From the NCBI GenBank assembly GCA_017478805.1, contig JAFVCY010000061.1, positions 1 to 44,361 of the forward strand: a stretch of 44,361 nucleotides of DNA. The letters run 5' to 3'. The number at the start of each line of letters is the position of its first letter. Positions within the stretch are counted from its first letter, which is position 1. Positions 28,152 to 38,476 of the stretch are shown here, in pieces. A model generated the notes under the pieces. The model ran no database searches. It was not told where the DNA came from and saw only the letters and a program-made list of their open reading frames with translations. Position numbers and translations under genes: made by a program. Source of the DNA: Clostridia bacterium (GTDB lineage Bacteria > Bacillota > Clostridia > TANB77 > CAG-465).

Positions 28152-29042
28152 TTAATATTTAGATAAATCTAATTTTTCTCCAAGCTCCATTAATGTCTTT
28201 TCATTATAATAGTCAATTAAACCACATGCCGGTGTAAAAGTATACTCCCCAAAATAAATTTTTCCATTTAAATCATATAAATCTACTCTAGCAAACGGAA
28301 TATCAACCTTTCCATCTTTTATGCAAAGCTCTTCTGCAATTCTTACCATATTTTCAAAATTTTTAGGCTTTTCTATATCTTTTTGAGACTTGTATTTAGG
28401 TAGTGTATCATCTATTTTTTTCCACTCTAAATCAAAATCATCTAATCTCAAACTCTTATCTCTTTCAGAACACAAGAGCATTCTATCACATTTTCCATTA
28501 AACACATAAAACTTGTAATCTAGCGGATTTTTTCCAGTATTATCATCTAAATATTCTTCTGCCATAATTACTGGTTTTATATACTTATAATGATATTCAA
28601 AAGTGTGTTTAGCAAAACACTGCTTTAAACTACTATTTAAAACTTTCTTTGCATTTTCAAAGTCAAATTTTTCCTTATCTGTACATACAAATACGTTACC
28701 TGAACCATGATTACACTTTAGTACAAATTTTTTAGGTAGCTCTGATAAATCAATATCATTTGCATTATTATATATTTTTAGAGTTTTAGCAACATTTAAG
28801 CCCTCTATCCTTAAATTTTCAACATATTCTTTTACTAGATACTTATCTGCAAGTCTTCCCTCTTTTATGCCGTATTTATTTACTATCAGATATTGAAGCT
28901 TTTCGTTGAAGTTTTTTGGATTTTCTAAATCTAATTTTTTTCCAAAACTTTTTTTATATAAATAACTATGTGTAACCTTCTTTGGCAAACACCACAATAT
29001 CTCGTTATGCAAGTTATATCTTAATACTCCTAAAAAACTCAT
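28152..29042 (-). CDS. TupA-like ATP-grasp (amidoligase) protein
   Basis: FNEKLQYLIVNKYG..LADKYLVKEYV..LKCNHGSG..DYKFYVFNGK..ARVDLY..GKIYFGEYTFTPACG pattern of ATPgrasp_TupA (from memory). Confidence 0.75.
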   Translation of the reverse strand: MSFLGVLRYNLHNEILWCLPKKVTHSYLYKKSFGKKLDLENPKNFNEKLQYLIVNKYGIKEGRLADKYLVKEYVENLRIEGLNVAKTLKIYNNANDIDLSELPKKFVLKCNHGSGNVFVCTDKEKFDFENAKKVLNSSLKQCFAKHTFEYHYKYIKPVIMAEEYLDDNTGKNPLDYKFYVFNGKCDRMLLCSERDKSLRLDDFDLEWKKIDDTLPKYKSQKDIEKPKNFENMVRIAEELCIKDGKVDIPFARVDLYDLNGKIYFGEYTFTPACGLIDYYNEKTLMELGEKLDLSKY

Positions 29043-29058
29043 ATATATAATCCACTCC

Positions 29059-30579
29059 TTATTTTCTCTTTACAATTTTCTTTGCAAATTCCACTGATTC
29101 TTTAAATAAATAGTATTTTCTATATACTAAATAGTAAAAAACATTTGGCACTATAATACATAAAATACCTATAATTATAAAATCAACATACATATTTATA
29201 TTAATAAATCCTGTAACAAAATACATTATAACACATATTGCAAGTGTTACTCCAAAATATAACAAATGTTTCATAAAATACTCTTTATAACCAATATCCT
29301 TAAAATAGTGTTTAAATACAATAGTAGAGCCATATCCAAAATTAATTAATAAAAGTGAAATTAATGTCCCAAGTATTATTCCATTTACTCCAAATAATTT
29401 TCCTAAAATTACGTTTAACACTATATTTAGTAATGTTTCTGCAAGTGCTCTATATTTTCCTTCCCACCAAAGTCCTGCTCCTTGATTATATGCAGAAAGT
29501 ATATCACCCATCTTTAATGAGTAAAAGTATAAACAAAATAGAATTACTGTTATATAACTAAACATATAACTTTCACCAAGCCAAATTTTCATAAACGGTT
29601 GATATAGGCATACTAGACATACTGTACACCATCCACTTATCCACATATATATAAAATTGAACTTATTCATGTCATCATAGTTCTTCTTTATATTTTCAGT
29701 TGCAACACTATTTCCAATGCTAGACACCATTGATGTTGTTATAACTGAAAGAAGTGCAATTACTGCAGATAGTATCATATAATAATTATTATACATTGCA
29801 ACAATATTTAATCCTAAAAAAGCTGATATAAAAATACTATCTAAAGAGTTTCTCGTAGTTTGACATACCTTTTGAATCATTAACCCATATACTCTCTTTT
29901 TGATATTATTCTTTGCGCCCGCATCTAACGAACCACTACAATAATACTCGGGGTACATTTTTTTAGCATAATATGCACCAATTAAATTATTCACTATTGT
30001 AATTAATGGCATTATAACTATATATGCATAATAATTTTTGAAATTCATTATAACAATGGCTTGATATATAAACTGAATTACATATAATGCAGTATTTATA
30101 TTACTGATAATGTCATTTCTTTGATTTGCCTCAAATAATGTTGTTTTATAAGCAAATAGAAAATAAGTTAAAACCGTATTTAACAGATAAATTCCAAATA
30201 ATATATATATATTAATATTTTCTGGTACATCTCCACTTATAAATAAGTTTATAAAAGGCAAAAGTGCTAGTCCTATTATTAAAACTACAATTCCTATTAT
30301 TCTATATATTTTTTTATATAAATTGATAGTAGCTCTAACTGTTTCGGTATCTTTTTCTGCTAGTGGCTTATACAGTGAAAATGTTATTGCAGACCCCACT
30401 CCTAATTCTGCTAAATTAAGCACTTGCAAAATAGAAGTGAACAGACTATTTAATCCTGCAAATTCAGAACCCATACATTTTATTATTATAGTCCTCATTA
30501 CAAATGGTAATATCATTAATACTAGTTTATTTATTAAGCCCCATTTCATGTTTCTAATCGTATTTTTAGTTCTACTCAT
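29059..30579 (-). CDS. Wzx-type polysaccharide flippase (MOP superfamily)
   Basis: 506 aa, about 14 TM helices. N-terminus IRNMKWGLINKLVLMILPFVMRTIIIKCMGSEFAGLNSLFTSIL is typical of polysaccharide biosynthesis (Wzx) proteins. Confidence 0.8.
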   Translation of the reverse strand: MSRTKNTIRNMKWGLINKLVLMILPFVMRTIIIKCMGSEFAGLNSLFTSILQVLNLAELGVGSAITFSLYKPLAEKDTETVRATINLYKKIYRIIGIVVLIIGLALLPFINLFISGDVPENINIYILFGIYLLNTVLTYFLFAYKTTLFEANQRNDIISNINTALYVIQFIYQAIVIMNFKNYYAYIVIMPLITIVNNLIGAYYAKKMYPEYYCSGSLDAGAKNNIKKRVYGLMIQKVCQTTRNSLDSIFISAFLGLNIVAMYNNYYMILSAVIALLSVITTSMVSSIGNSVATENIKKNYDDMNKFNFIYMWISGWCTVCLVCLYQPFMKIWLGESYMFSYITVILFCLYFYSLKMGDILSAYNQGAGLWWEGKYRALAETLLNIVLNVILGKLFGVNGIILGTLISLLLINFGYGSTIVFKHYFKDIGYKEYFMKHLLYFGVTLAICVIMYFVTGFININMYVDFIIIGILCIIVPNVFYYLVYRKYYLFKESVEFAKKIVKRK

Positions 30580-31505
30580 TTTTATCCTTTCTTTTAAATT
30601 TATTCAAATTTTTCTTAATTTTTTTCTTTAAAATAATATACCTTATATAATTAGTTCTTTTAGAAAAAGGATGAATTTTAGTAATAATACTATAGTTTTT
30701 TCTATAATTCTCTATATCTCCTAATTCAAAATAGTATAATATCAATATACAAGCATAATTATACTCAATTTCATCTTGCTCATAGCTACTTAATTTATCA
30801 TAATTTTTTCTACATAGCTCTAGTAATGATGATTCTCCATCAATTCTTTTTTTTGCACCTTTTGAACTAATTCTTGGAATGTCTTCTTCATGGTAAAGTG
30901 ATAAGTATTCTGGCACTCTATCTATTTCGTAACCGCCTGCATAATAATTTTACTATTACAGTTGAATCTTGCTTACATGGTACATTTGAAAAACATCCAA
31001 CACTTTCTAAATAATCTTTTTTGCAAAGCCACTGTGATGTTGCAGCTATACACATTTTCATACCTTCAAATATGCAGTTACCTGTTAAATCATAATGGTA
31101 TCTTTTAGTTATTTTTCCATCTTTTATTCCATAGCAATAACAATATACAAGTGCAGTTTTTTCAGAGCTATTTTTTAGAAGTTCTAACTGTTTTTCAACT
31201 TTATTTTCCAAATATTCATCATCATCATCTAAAAATGCTACATAATTACTCTCACATCTTCTTATTCCTTCATTTCTAGACAAAGCTCCTCCAAGATTTT
31301 TTTCATTTTTAAAGTAAAAAAGTCTGCTATCATTAAACTCTTTAACAATTTCTTTTACTTTTTCGGTAAGCTTTAAGTCAACATTATCGTCTATTATAAT
31401 AATTTTTAAGTTTGAATAAGTCTGATTTACTACACTATTAATTGCTCTTTTTAGTTCTTGTGTTCTACCATAAGTTGTTATAACTACATTTACTAAATCA
31501 TCCAT
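30572..31505 (-). CDS. Family 2 glycosyltransferase, frame interrupted at an in-frame CGG (ORFs 30918..31505 + 30572..30916)
   Basis: VVITTYGR..VNQTY..IIIIDDN..FLDDDDE GT2 motifs. Skipping the C of CGG 30935-30933 gives ..VKLLCR|GYEIDRVPEYLSLYHEE.. and a 310-aa protein. Confidence 0.8.
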
Positions 31506-32424
31506 TTTTTCTCCTTTTTTTATATATTAAATTTGTAACTTTTCTTTTTATATATCCAGCCGGGCAAATTATAATTAATAGATATATAAAATGTATAAAA
31601 TTAATATCTAAATCACATAATATATTTTTTATACTTAAACCCATCTTTTTAGCTGTTTTTAAGTAATCCTTTAGATATAAGTATTTTTGTGAAATAGGTT
31701 TTAATTTTATGCACTCTCTTATGTATATTGAATACCCTCTATAATTATTTTTATGTCCTATATAATCATTAGCTCCAGTTTTACTTAATCCCTCTTCTAA
31801 ATACTCACATACATATATTGGCTCATTATACCATCTAATTTTATAGCCATCAGCAGCAATCCTCATGTAGCAGTAATCTTCAGTAATAAAATATTCATTA
31901 TCAAATTCTGGAAATTTATATTTCTTTATTACATCAGTCTTATACACTTCTGCTTTATCCCCTAGTAGTCCATACTTTTCACGTTCAAAATCTGATGCAT
32001 CAATATAACCTGATACTAAAGTTTCACCACCACATACTTGTCCATCTATATGTACTTTCAAGCCACTTACTGCTGCAATACTATCTAATTCATCGATTTC
32101 TTCTGCCCATTTTTCTATAAGCAAAATAGAGTTATCTACTAGATAATCATCACTATCAACAGTAAAAAAGTACCTTCCTTTTGCTAAATCAAAAGCTTTA
32201 TTTAGTGCTCTATGTTTTCCACCGTGATTTTGCTTAAAGTATCTAATCTCAATATTATTTTCCTTCTGCCACTTTTTAACTATAGCTTCTGTACCATCTT
32301 TTGAATCATCATCAACTATTAACCACTCAAAATTTTTAGATGTCTGCCTCAAAAGTGATTTGTATAATCTTTCTAATAACTTTTCCCTGTTATATGTCGG
32401 TGTAAAAACTGTAATAAGTTTCAT
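31498..32424 (-). CDS. Family 2 glycosyltransferase
   Basis: ITVFTPTYNRE..LLRQT..WLIVDDDSKDGT..FTVDSDD motifs. Confidence 0.85.
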   Translation of the reverse strand: MKLITVFTPTYNREKLLERLYKSLLRQTSKNFEWLIVDDDSKDGTEAIVKKWQKENNIEIRYFKQNHGGKHRALNKAFDLAKGRYFFTVDSDDYLVDNSILLIEKWAEEIDELDSIAAVSGLKVHIDGQVCGGETLVSGYIDASDFEREKYGLLGDKAEVYKTDVIKKYKFPEFDNEYFITEDYCYMRIAADGYKIRWYNEPIYVCEYLEEGLSKTGANDYIGHKNNYRGYSIYIRECIKLKPISQKYLYLKDYLKTAKKMGLSIKNILCDLDINFIHFIYLLIIICPAGYIKRKVTNLIYKKRRKNG

Positions 32425-32425
32425 T

Positions 32426-33217
32426 CTATTTTTTTCCTTTCTTATTTTCTAAAAGAGATGGAACATACCAAATTAGCTTTGATATTCTATGAGCTATCTT
32501 TAAATTATTTTTACCACTATACATTTTGTTCAATAAATTAAATAAGTTTTGCTCTGTTTTATGCATTCTTAATTCAATTTTTGATTTCCAAGATGCACTA
32601 TAATGATGAATTGAATATGTTTTATCAGTAATGTCTATCTTACCAGTTTCATAATCCATAGGACAAAAATACTCTTTTGAAAAAATAGCATTATTATTTA
32701 TAACTTGATTTGTATTATTCATTAAAAAACCATTTTTTTCAAATACCCTTGAAGTGATAATTGGGCAAGCTATACTACTTAAATTTTTTTCATCAAATTC
32801 TACGCTTTTATATTCTTCTAAATTTTGTCTTAACAAATCATTATTCTTAATTGCTCCAAATCCTAGTCCATCATTTAAAAACTCTCTACTTTCAAATCCC
32901 ATGAATAAATCATATTTTAAAAGATCATCGATATTCCTTACTACTTCTACATCTGTATCAAAGTATATACCACCATTATTATATATTATATCCAGTCTTG
33001 CAACATCAGTTACAAAAGCCCATTTTTGGGCTCTATATGCTTCTTCTACAAATTTATATTTCTTTATGTCAAAATTACTTTCATTCCACTCTACAATTTC
33101 ATAATCTTTGCAGATTTTTTTCCAACTATCTATACACTCTATAACTTTCTGTGGCTTTTCATTTCCACCAAACCAACAATAATTTATTACCTTACGTATT
33201 TTCTTCTCCTCACACAT
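32426..33217 (-). CDS. GT32-type glycosyltransferase (sugar-binding region with DXD motif)
   Basis: INYCWFGG.., WAFVTDVARLDIIYNNGGIYFDTDVEV. Confidence 0.75.
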   Translation of the reverse strand: MCEEKKIRKVINYCWFGGNEKPQKVIECIDSWKKICKDYEIVEWNESNFDIKKYKFVEEAYRAQKWAFVTDVARLDIIYNNGGIYFDTDVEVVRNIDDLLKYDLFMGFESREFLNDGLGFGAIKNNDLLRQNLEEYKSVEFDEKNLSSIACPIITSRVFEKNGFLMNNTNQVINNNAIFSKEYFCPMDYETGKIDITDKTYSIHHYSASWKSKIELRMHKTEQNLFNLLNKMYSGKNNLKIAHRISKLIWYVPSLLENKKGKK

Positions 33218-34308
33218 ACCTTTTCACCACTTGTTTTAAATATATAACTTGAAAAATATAGCATTGAAACGTTCATAAAAACATACGTTGCTACATTTTC
33301 AGTGTACATATATACACACATTACTACTAGCATGATAAGTAATGGATATTTTTTCTTTTTTTCAGCTAAAATCATAGAAACAACTAATGGAATTACCACA
33401 AGTAAGTAATAAAAAATACCATTATATATGAGCATTCTAGTATAACCTATATCTAAAATTGCATGTACCCATTCCGTATTTAAATCAAAGGATACATCAC
33501 TTCCAAATAGATTTATTCCATATTTTTGAAAATAGTAATTAGCTTGAGAAAATCTACCTGTAAAAAATGAATCTAGTTTTACCATTACACCATTATTACT
33601 ATCGTATATTATAGGTAGCACTGTAAATGCTATAATTCCAGCTATTATTATATACGGGAATATTTCCCTTATTTTTATTTTTTCAAATATCTTATATTTA
33701 TATATTACTACTGCAAGTAAAAGAGCCATATATACCATAATCCCCGTTACACTTTTACTATATAGATATATGGCAATTGCACCAAAAAAGCTCCATATAA
33801 TATGCATAGGCTTTATTTTGTCAAACCATAAAAATACTAAATGCAATAATAGTAAATTATAGTATTCTGAAAACATATTTGGATGTCCAAGTCCCAAACT
33901 TATTCTTGTTCCTTTGTCCTCTCCTATAAAAACACCTTTTGTAAAGCCAAAGGCAAATAAAATTATAAAAACTACCACGCATGAAAGCATCGTAAAAAAG
34001 CTAATTTCAACAATGTCTTTAAATTTAACATTTTTCATAGCACAAATTGCAAGAGCAAACCACATTACTCTCGAATCACCATTTACTGCAGTGGAATAAG
34101 CGCATATACCTAATACTACTGACATAATTAATATTTCTTTAACACTATACCTTGTTGTTATAATCTTAATACCAAAAAGTGCTATACAAAAATATGAAAT
34201 ATACTGTAATTCAAGTGGCTCAACAGATGAATTAGCAAAGCATATTAATATTTCCATTAATATAAAAGCCGCATAAAATATATAAATATTAGATAATTTC
34301 AATTTCAC
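33187..34308 (-). CDS. Putative Wzy polymerase / O-antigen-ligase-like membrane protein
   Basis: 373 aa and polytopic, with a loop containing GLGHPNMFSEYY. It sits among the GTs of a Wzx-containing locus. Confidence 0.6.
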   Translation of the reverse strand: MKLKLSNIYIFYAAFILMEILICFANSSVEPLELQYISYFCIALFGIKIITTRYSVKEILIMSVVLGICAYSTAVNGDSRVMWFALAICAMKNVKFKDIVEISFFTMLSCVVVFIILFAFGFTKGVFIGEDKGTRISLGLGHPNMFSEYYNLLLLHLVFLWFDKIKPMHIIWSFFGAIAIYLYSKSVTGIMVYMALLLAVVIYKYKIFEKIKIREIFPYIIIAGIIAFTVLPIIYDSNNGVMVKLDSFFTGRFSQANYYFQKYGINLFGSDVSFDLNTEWVHAILDIGYTRMLIYNGIFYYLLVVIPLVVSMILAEKKKKYPLLIMLVVMCVYMYTENVATYVFMNVSMLYFSSYIFKTSGEKVCVRRRKYVR

Positions 34309-34326
34309 TTATTTCACCTCACTTAC

Positions 34327-35262
34327 TCACAAGTTCACATATATTTTTCTAAAGCAAACGAAAAATAATGTTTTAACAAATTCTTTTATATTTAGTGTAT
34401 TCCTCAATAGAAAGTGGAAATCTATTCCATCTGGCAATATGCTACTTACTTTAAACCTTCTACAAGTAGTTATAACGTATTTTGAAAGCACTCCATTTAA
34501 TTTTTTAGTTAGCTCTTTATCCTTTATCTTTTCTATATCTATTTTCCACTGTTTATAAATTTCAAATGAATCTTCTATATTTTTCGAAAAGTCTTTTTTC
34601 TTATTATTAATTGAATTTTCTCTTATTACATATTGATAGAACTCATATTTCATACAATTTATTTTTTTGGCAGAAAGAAATAGCTTCAGTAATATTTCCA
34701 TATCCTCATGTAATATTCCCTTTTTAAAATATAAATTATTGCTAGTAAGAAAACTTTTTTTGTATAAATTATAGCAAATAGGTGCATAAAATTCGTTATT
34801 ATTAATAGAGGCTATAATGTACTCTTTATTCGTATATATAACATCTTCTTTGAGTGCATTATGTTTTTGATGCTCTTCTTTTCTTTCATAAATTAGTTTA
34901 GCTTCCCCAACTATTATATCAACATTATATGTTATATGAAATGCAAACTTTTCACAAGTATCTAAAAGTATATAATCATCTGAATCAACAAATAGTATGT
35001 AATCACCTGTAGAATTATTAATTCCAGTATTTCTAGCATCTGAAAGTCCACCATTTTCTTTATGTATAACTTTTATTCTATTATCTTTTGCCATATATTT
35101 ATCACAAATCATAGGACAATTATCTTTAGAGCCATCATCAACTAATATTATTTCAATATCTTTATATGTCTGATTTATCAATGACTCTATACATCTTTCT
35201 AATTCTTTTTCAACATTATATATTGGAACGACAATACTAATTTTCATTTTTTCTTTCTCCAA
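34327..35262 (-). CDS. Family 2 glycosyltransferase
   Basis: ISIVVPIYNVEKELERCIESLINQTYKDIEIILVDDGSKDN..FVDSDD. Confidence 0.85.
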   Translation of the reverse strand: MEKEKMKISIVVPIYNVEKELERCIESLINQTYKDIEIILVDDGSKDNCPMICDKYMAKDNRIKVIHKENGGLSDARNTGINNSTGDYILFVDSDDYILLDTCEKFAFHITYNVDIIVGEAKLIYERKEEHQKHNALKEDVIYTNKEYIIASINNNEFYAPICYNLYKKSFLTSNNLYFKKGILHEDMEILLKLFLSAKKINCMKYEFYQYVIRENSINNKKKDFSKNIEDSFEIYKQWKIDIEKIKDKELTKKLNGVLSKYVITTCRRFKVSSILPDGIDFHFLLRNTLNIKEFVKTLFFVCFRKIYVNL

Positions 35263-35932
35263 TTACTTTAGCTGGTACACCAGCAATTATAGAGTTTTTA
35301 CTAAATTTTTTAGTTACAACTGCATTTGCTGCAACCACGCATCCATCTTCGATTTCTGCACCGTCTAGAAATACAGCTCCTGCACCTATCCAGCAATTAT
35401 TTCCAACTTTTATTCCTTTATGTGACACACCTTGATTTTTTATTAACTCATTTAAATTATTATAATTATGATTTTCAGAGTGAAATCTTACACACTGTCC
35501 AGCAATTACGTCATTTCCTATCTCAATTCCTCCTGCTGCACCCAAATAACAATTTCCTCCAAAACTAGTTGAGTTTCCAATTATTATCCCTTTACCTATA
35601 TTTCTTATAGTGCCAGTACATTCTATTATGCAATTTTCACCTATTACTGCGCCACTGCCTATCTTTACACCTTCAGTAGAAAGTGCATCTATTTTTACAT
35701 TATTATGGATCTTAACCTTATCACCAATTTCGATATTTTTCTTAACCAAAATCCTTACTTTAGAGCCAATAAAACACTTTGATGAAATGTTTTTATAACC
35801 TACTCCTAAAAACATTCCCCTTAATTTCATAAAAAAATATTTTATGCACAGTCCAAATATGTAAGACTTTGGAACAGCACTATCTATTTCAAAATTTTCT
35901 TTTCCAGCAATTTTCAAAATAAATTTTATCAT
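35237..35932 (-). CDS. Hexapeptide-repeat (LbH) acetyltransferase
   Basis: Start moved to ATG 35932 (RBS AAGGAAAA, 4 nt after the upstream stop). It has runs of [LIV]Gxxxx hexapeptides (IGENCIIECTG..IIGNSTSFGGNCYLG..IEIGNDVIAG). Confidence 0.8.
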   Translation of the reverse strand: MIKFILKIAGKENFEIDSAVPKSYIFGLCIKYFFMKLRGMFLGVGYKNISSKCFIGSKVRILVKKNIEIGDKVKIHNNVKIDALSTEGVKIGSGAVIGENCIIECTGTIRNIGKGIIIGNSTSFGGNCYLGAAGGIEIGNDVIAGQCVRFHSENHNYNNLNELIKNQGVSHKGIKVGNNCWIGAGAVFLDGAEIEDGCVVAANAVVTKKFSKNSIIAGVPAKVIGERKNEN

Positions 35933-35936
35933 AACA

Positions 35937-37292
35937 TCATTTTCCTTTATATAAATTCTCCATTTCTTTAGTAAACTCCTCAAACGTCTTTATTTTTATA
36001 TCATTTATCACGTTTTTATGAAGCTCTAATAATTTTTCTTTATCTAGTGATTTTATCACTTCTTTTAATTCTTCTACAGAGTTTGCTTTAATAACTATTC
36101 CGCCATCAGATACAATTTCTTTTGCACCAACGTTTTCTGATACGATTACAGGTACGCCATAACTTAATGATTCTAAAACAGTATATCCAAACGTTTCATA
36201 GCAAACACTAGGCACTAAAACTATATCTGAGTTTTTCATTATTTGTGGCAATTCTTCATAGCTGTACCCTTCTTTTATAATTTTCATGTATGAAGAAGGG
36301 TTATTTATTTCTGCATACATGTTTAAGATAAAATTATGTTTTCCTTCACTTATCAATTCATCTAGTGCAGTCTTAATAATTCCAAATCCCTTGTAATTTT
36401 TTAATGGTCCTAAATATGTAAGCTTTAACTGCCCACTATATTTCCAATTAATACTTTTTCTATTATCAATTATATCTTTATGCGACAAAGTTACAACTTT
36501 ACTTTCTTTTGGTGTAAAATATTTAGAATATACTTCTTTCGTAAGCTGTGAGTTATAGTGAATAATATCTATATTTTCAAGCATATTAATATAATATTTT
36601 CTAAGCTTTATGTACTCTTTGCCAGCTTTTTCTTCAGCATTATCACTTATTCTACTTTCTTCTTGGTTATCACATATAAAAAAGTTACTCCTATGCTTCT
36701 TTCTTAATAATTTTACAATCCTAGTATTTTTTAATTTTTTATACATATGACTTTGAAGGATTTTTATTTCATTAAAAGATAGTGCATTTTCATTACACTT
36801 AACGCAATACTTACAGTCATTATCATAAGCACATGCCATATTATTTCTAAATAATGTGACCTTTGGGCATATTCCAAAATAATCATGAGTTGTATATACT
36901 GTCCTTATTTTTAATTCTTTTGCAGATTCTATAAATTCGCTGTGAAGTCCCATAAGTGTATGTATATGTATTACATCTGGGCAGATTTTTTCTAAAAATG
37001 ACATATATATATCCTTATTGCATTTTTTCATAAATAAAGAAATATTCCTTACTCCTTCATCAAGAGGAACAGGAAGGGGATTTACTATCTCATAACTTAA
37101 AATGTCATCTTTTCTTTTTTCTTTATCTATTTCTATTTTTGTCTTTGAATTTATAACATTTATTTTTCCTGGCCAAATTGCTATAACTTCATGACCGTAC
37201 ACTTTTTGTGATAGCATTAAATCATATGCAAACTTAGTCATTCCACCTGTTCTATAAGGTGGAAATCCCAAAAAATAATGTAATATTTTCAT
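35937..37292 (-). CDS. GT-B fold glycosyltransferase (family 4/1 like)
   Basis: MKILHYFLGFPPYRTGGMTKFAYDL N-terminus and C-terminal ..VPSVCYETFGYTVLESLSYGVPVIVS (E-x7-E region). Confidence 0.75.
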   Translation of the reverse strand: MKILHYFLGFPPYRTGGMTKFAYDLMLSQKVYGHEVIAIWPGKINVINSKTKIEIDKEKRKDDILSYEIVNPLPVPLDEGVRNISLFMKKCNKDIYMSFLEKICPDVIHIHTLMGLHSEFIESAKELKIRTVYTTHDYFGICPKVTLFRNNMACAYDNDCKYCVKCNENALSFNEIKILQSHMYKKLKNTRIVKLLRKKHRSNFFICDNQEESRISDNAEEKAGKEYIKLRKYYINMLENIDIIHYNSQLTKEVYSKYFTPKESKVVTLSHKDIIDNRKSINWKYSGQLKLTYLGPLKNYKGFGIIKTALDELISEGKHNFILNMYAEINNPSSYMKIIKEGYSYEELPQIMKNSDIVLVPSVCYETFGYTVLESLSYGVPVIVSENVGAKEIVSDGGIVIKANSVEELKEVIKSLDKEKLLELHKNVINDIKIKTFEEFTKEMENLYKGK

Positions 37293-37293
37293 T

Positions 37294-38475
37294 TTAATCC
37301 CTCAAAAAAATTTCTTCATACAACTCTATAATATATTCCCATGAGTATGCTTTATTTATTCTTTCTTTAGCTTTAATAGACATATTCTCTATATCTTTTT
37401 CCTGCATATTATCACATTTATCAATTAGTCTAGCTAAATTTCCGTCTTCTTTGTTAAAGTAAACTGCTCCACTTTCGCCTACTTCTTTATTAAATCCTAC
37501 ATCCAAAAGTATATTAAGTTTGGTAGAACCTAAAGCTTCTAATAACGATGGGTTTGTCCCCCCAACTTCGTGACCATGTAGATAACCATAAGCATCTTCT
37601 CTTATTTTCTTCAGAAGCTTGCTATCATACACAGTGCCTACAAAGTCTATCCTTTCATCTTTTTCAAAATTTAGCTCACTTTGAAGCTCATTATAAAATT
37701 TATTTTTTTCTACATTTGTAATTATTACAAGTTTCTTTTTAGTATTTGATTTAATAAACTCAGCTATCATAGTTTTATAATTGTTCTCTGGTACAAACCT
37801 TCCTACAATTAAATAAAACTCATTTTTCCTAACATTATTCTCTTTATACCAATTTTGCAATTTTTCATCATTATCATCTAAATTACTAGGTGACGTTTCA
37901 GAACCATAAGCTACAAAAGTAGTTTTTGGATTATAAGTCTTATAATCTTCTTTTATATATTTCTCAATATTTTTAGAATCACATATTAATAAATCAGCAT
38001 GTTTAACCATTAATTTTTCAGATATTTTCCAATACTTCTTAATCATGAAATTCCATTTTGCTCTTTTCCACTCATGCCCATCTGGATTAACATAAAGGCA
38101 CGCTCCTAGTTTTACTAACTGTTTTTTATAATGATTAATAAATGGTCCTATCCTACAAGCAAGTATATATACTACTGCATTTTTTATATTATTTGATTTT
38201 ATATAATTAATGCTCATTTTTAAAGCTTTTAAATCATAATATACAGCTTTAGCAGGTCCAATGTTTGGAACGTTTACATTAAAACATCTTGAACCGTTAT
38301 GTTCAAATTCTTCAGTATTTTTTGACATACATGCTACATGATATTTTATGTTTGTAGCTTTTTTTCTTAATGTAAGATTTTCAACAAAAGTTTCAAAGCC
38401 ACCATATTTTGCAGGTATTCCTTTACTTCCTATTATAAATACATGCTTAATATCAGTATTCAAGCTTTCATTCAT
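37294..38475 (-). CDS. DUF1972-containing family 1 glycosyltransferase (WchF-like rhamnosyltransferase type)
   Basis: FIIGSKGIPAKYGGFETFVENLT signature at the N-terminus and ..HGHEVGGTNPSLLEALG at the C-terminus. Confidence 0.8.
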   Translation of the reverse strand: MNESLNTDIKHVFIIGSKGIPAKYGGFETFVENLTLRKKATNIKYHVACMSKNTEEFEHNGSRCFNVNVPNIGPAKAVYYDLKALKMSINYIKSNNIKNAVVYILACRIGPFINHYKKQLVKLGACLYVNPDGHEWKRAKWNFMIKKYWKISEKLMVKHADLLICDSKNIEKYIKEDYKTYNPKTTFVAYGSETSPSNLDDNDEKLQNWYKENNVRKNEFYLIVGRFVPENNYKTMIAEFIKSNTKKKLVIITNVEKNKFYNELQSELNFEKDERIDFVGTVYDSKLLKKIREDAYGYLHGHEVGGTNPSLLEALGSTKLNILLDVGFNKEVGESGAVYFNKEDGNLARLIDKCDNMQEKDIENMSIKAKERINKAYSWEYIIELYEEIFLRD

Positions 38476-38476
38476 C

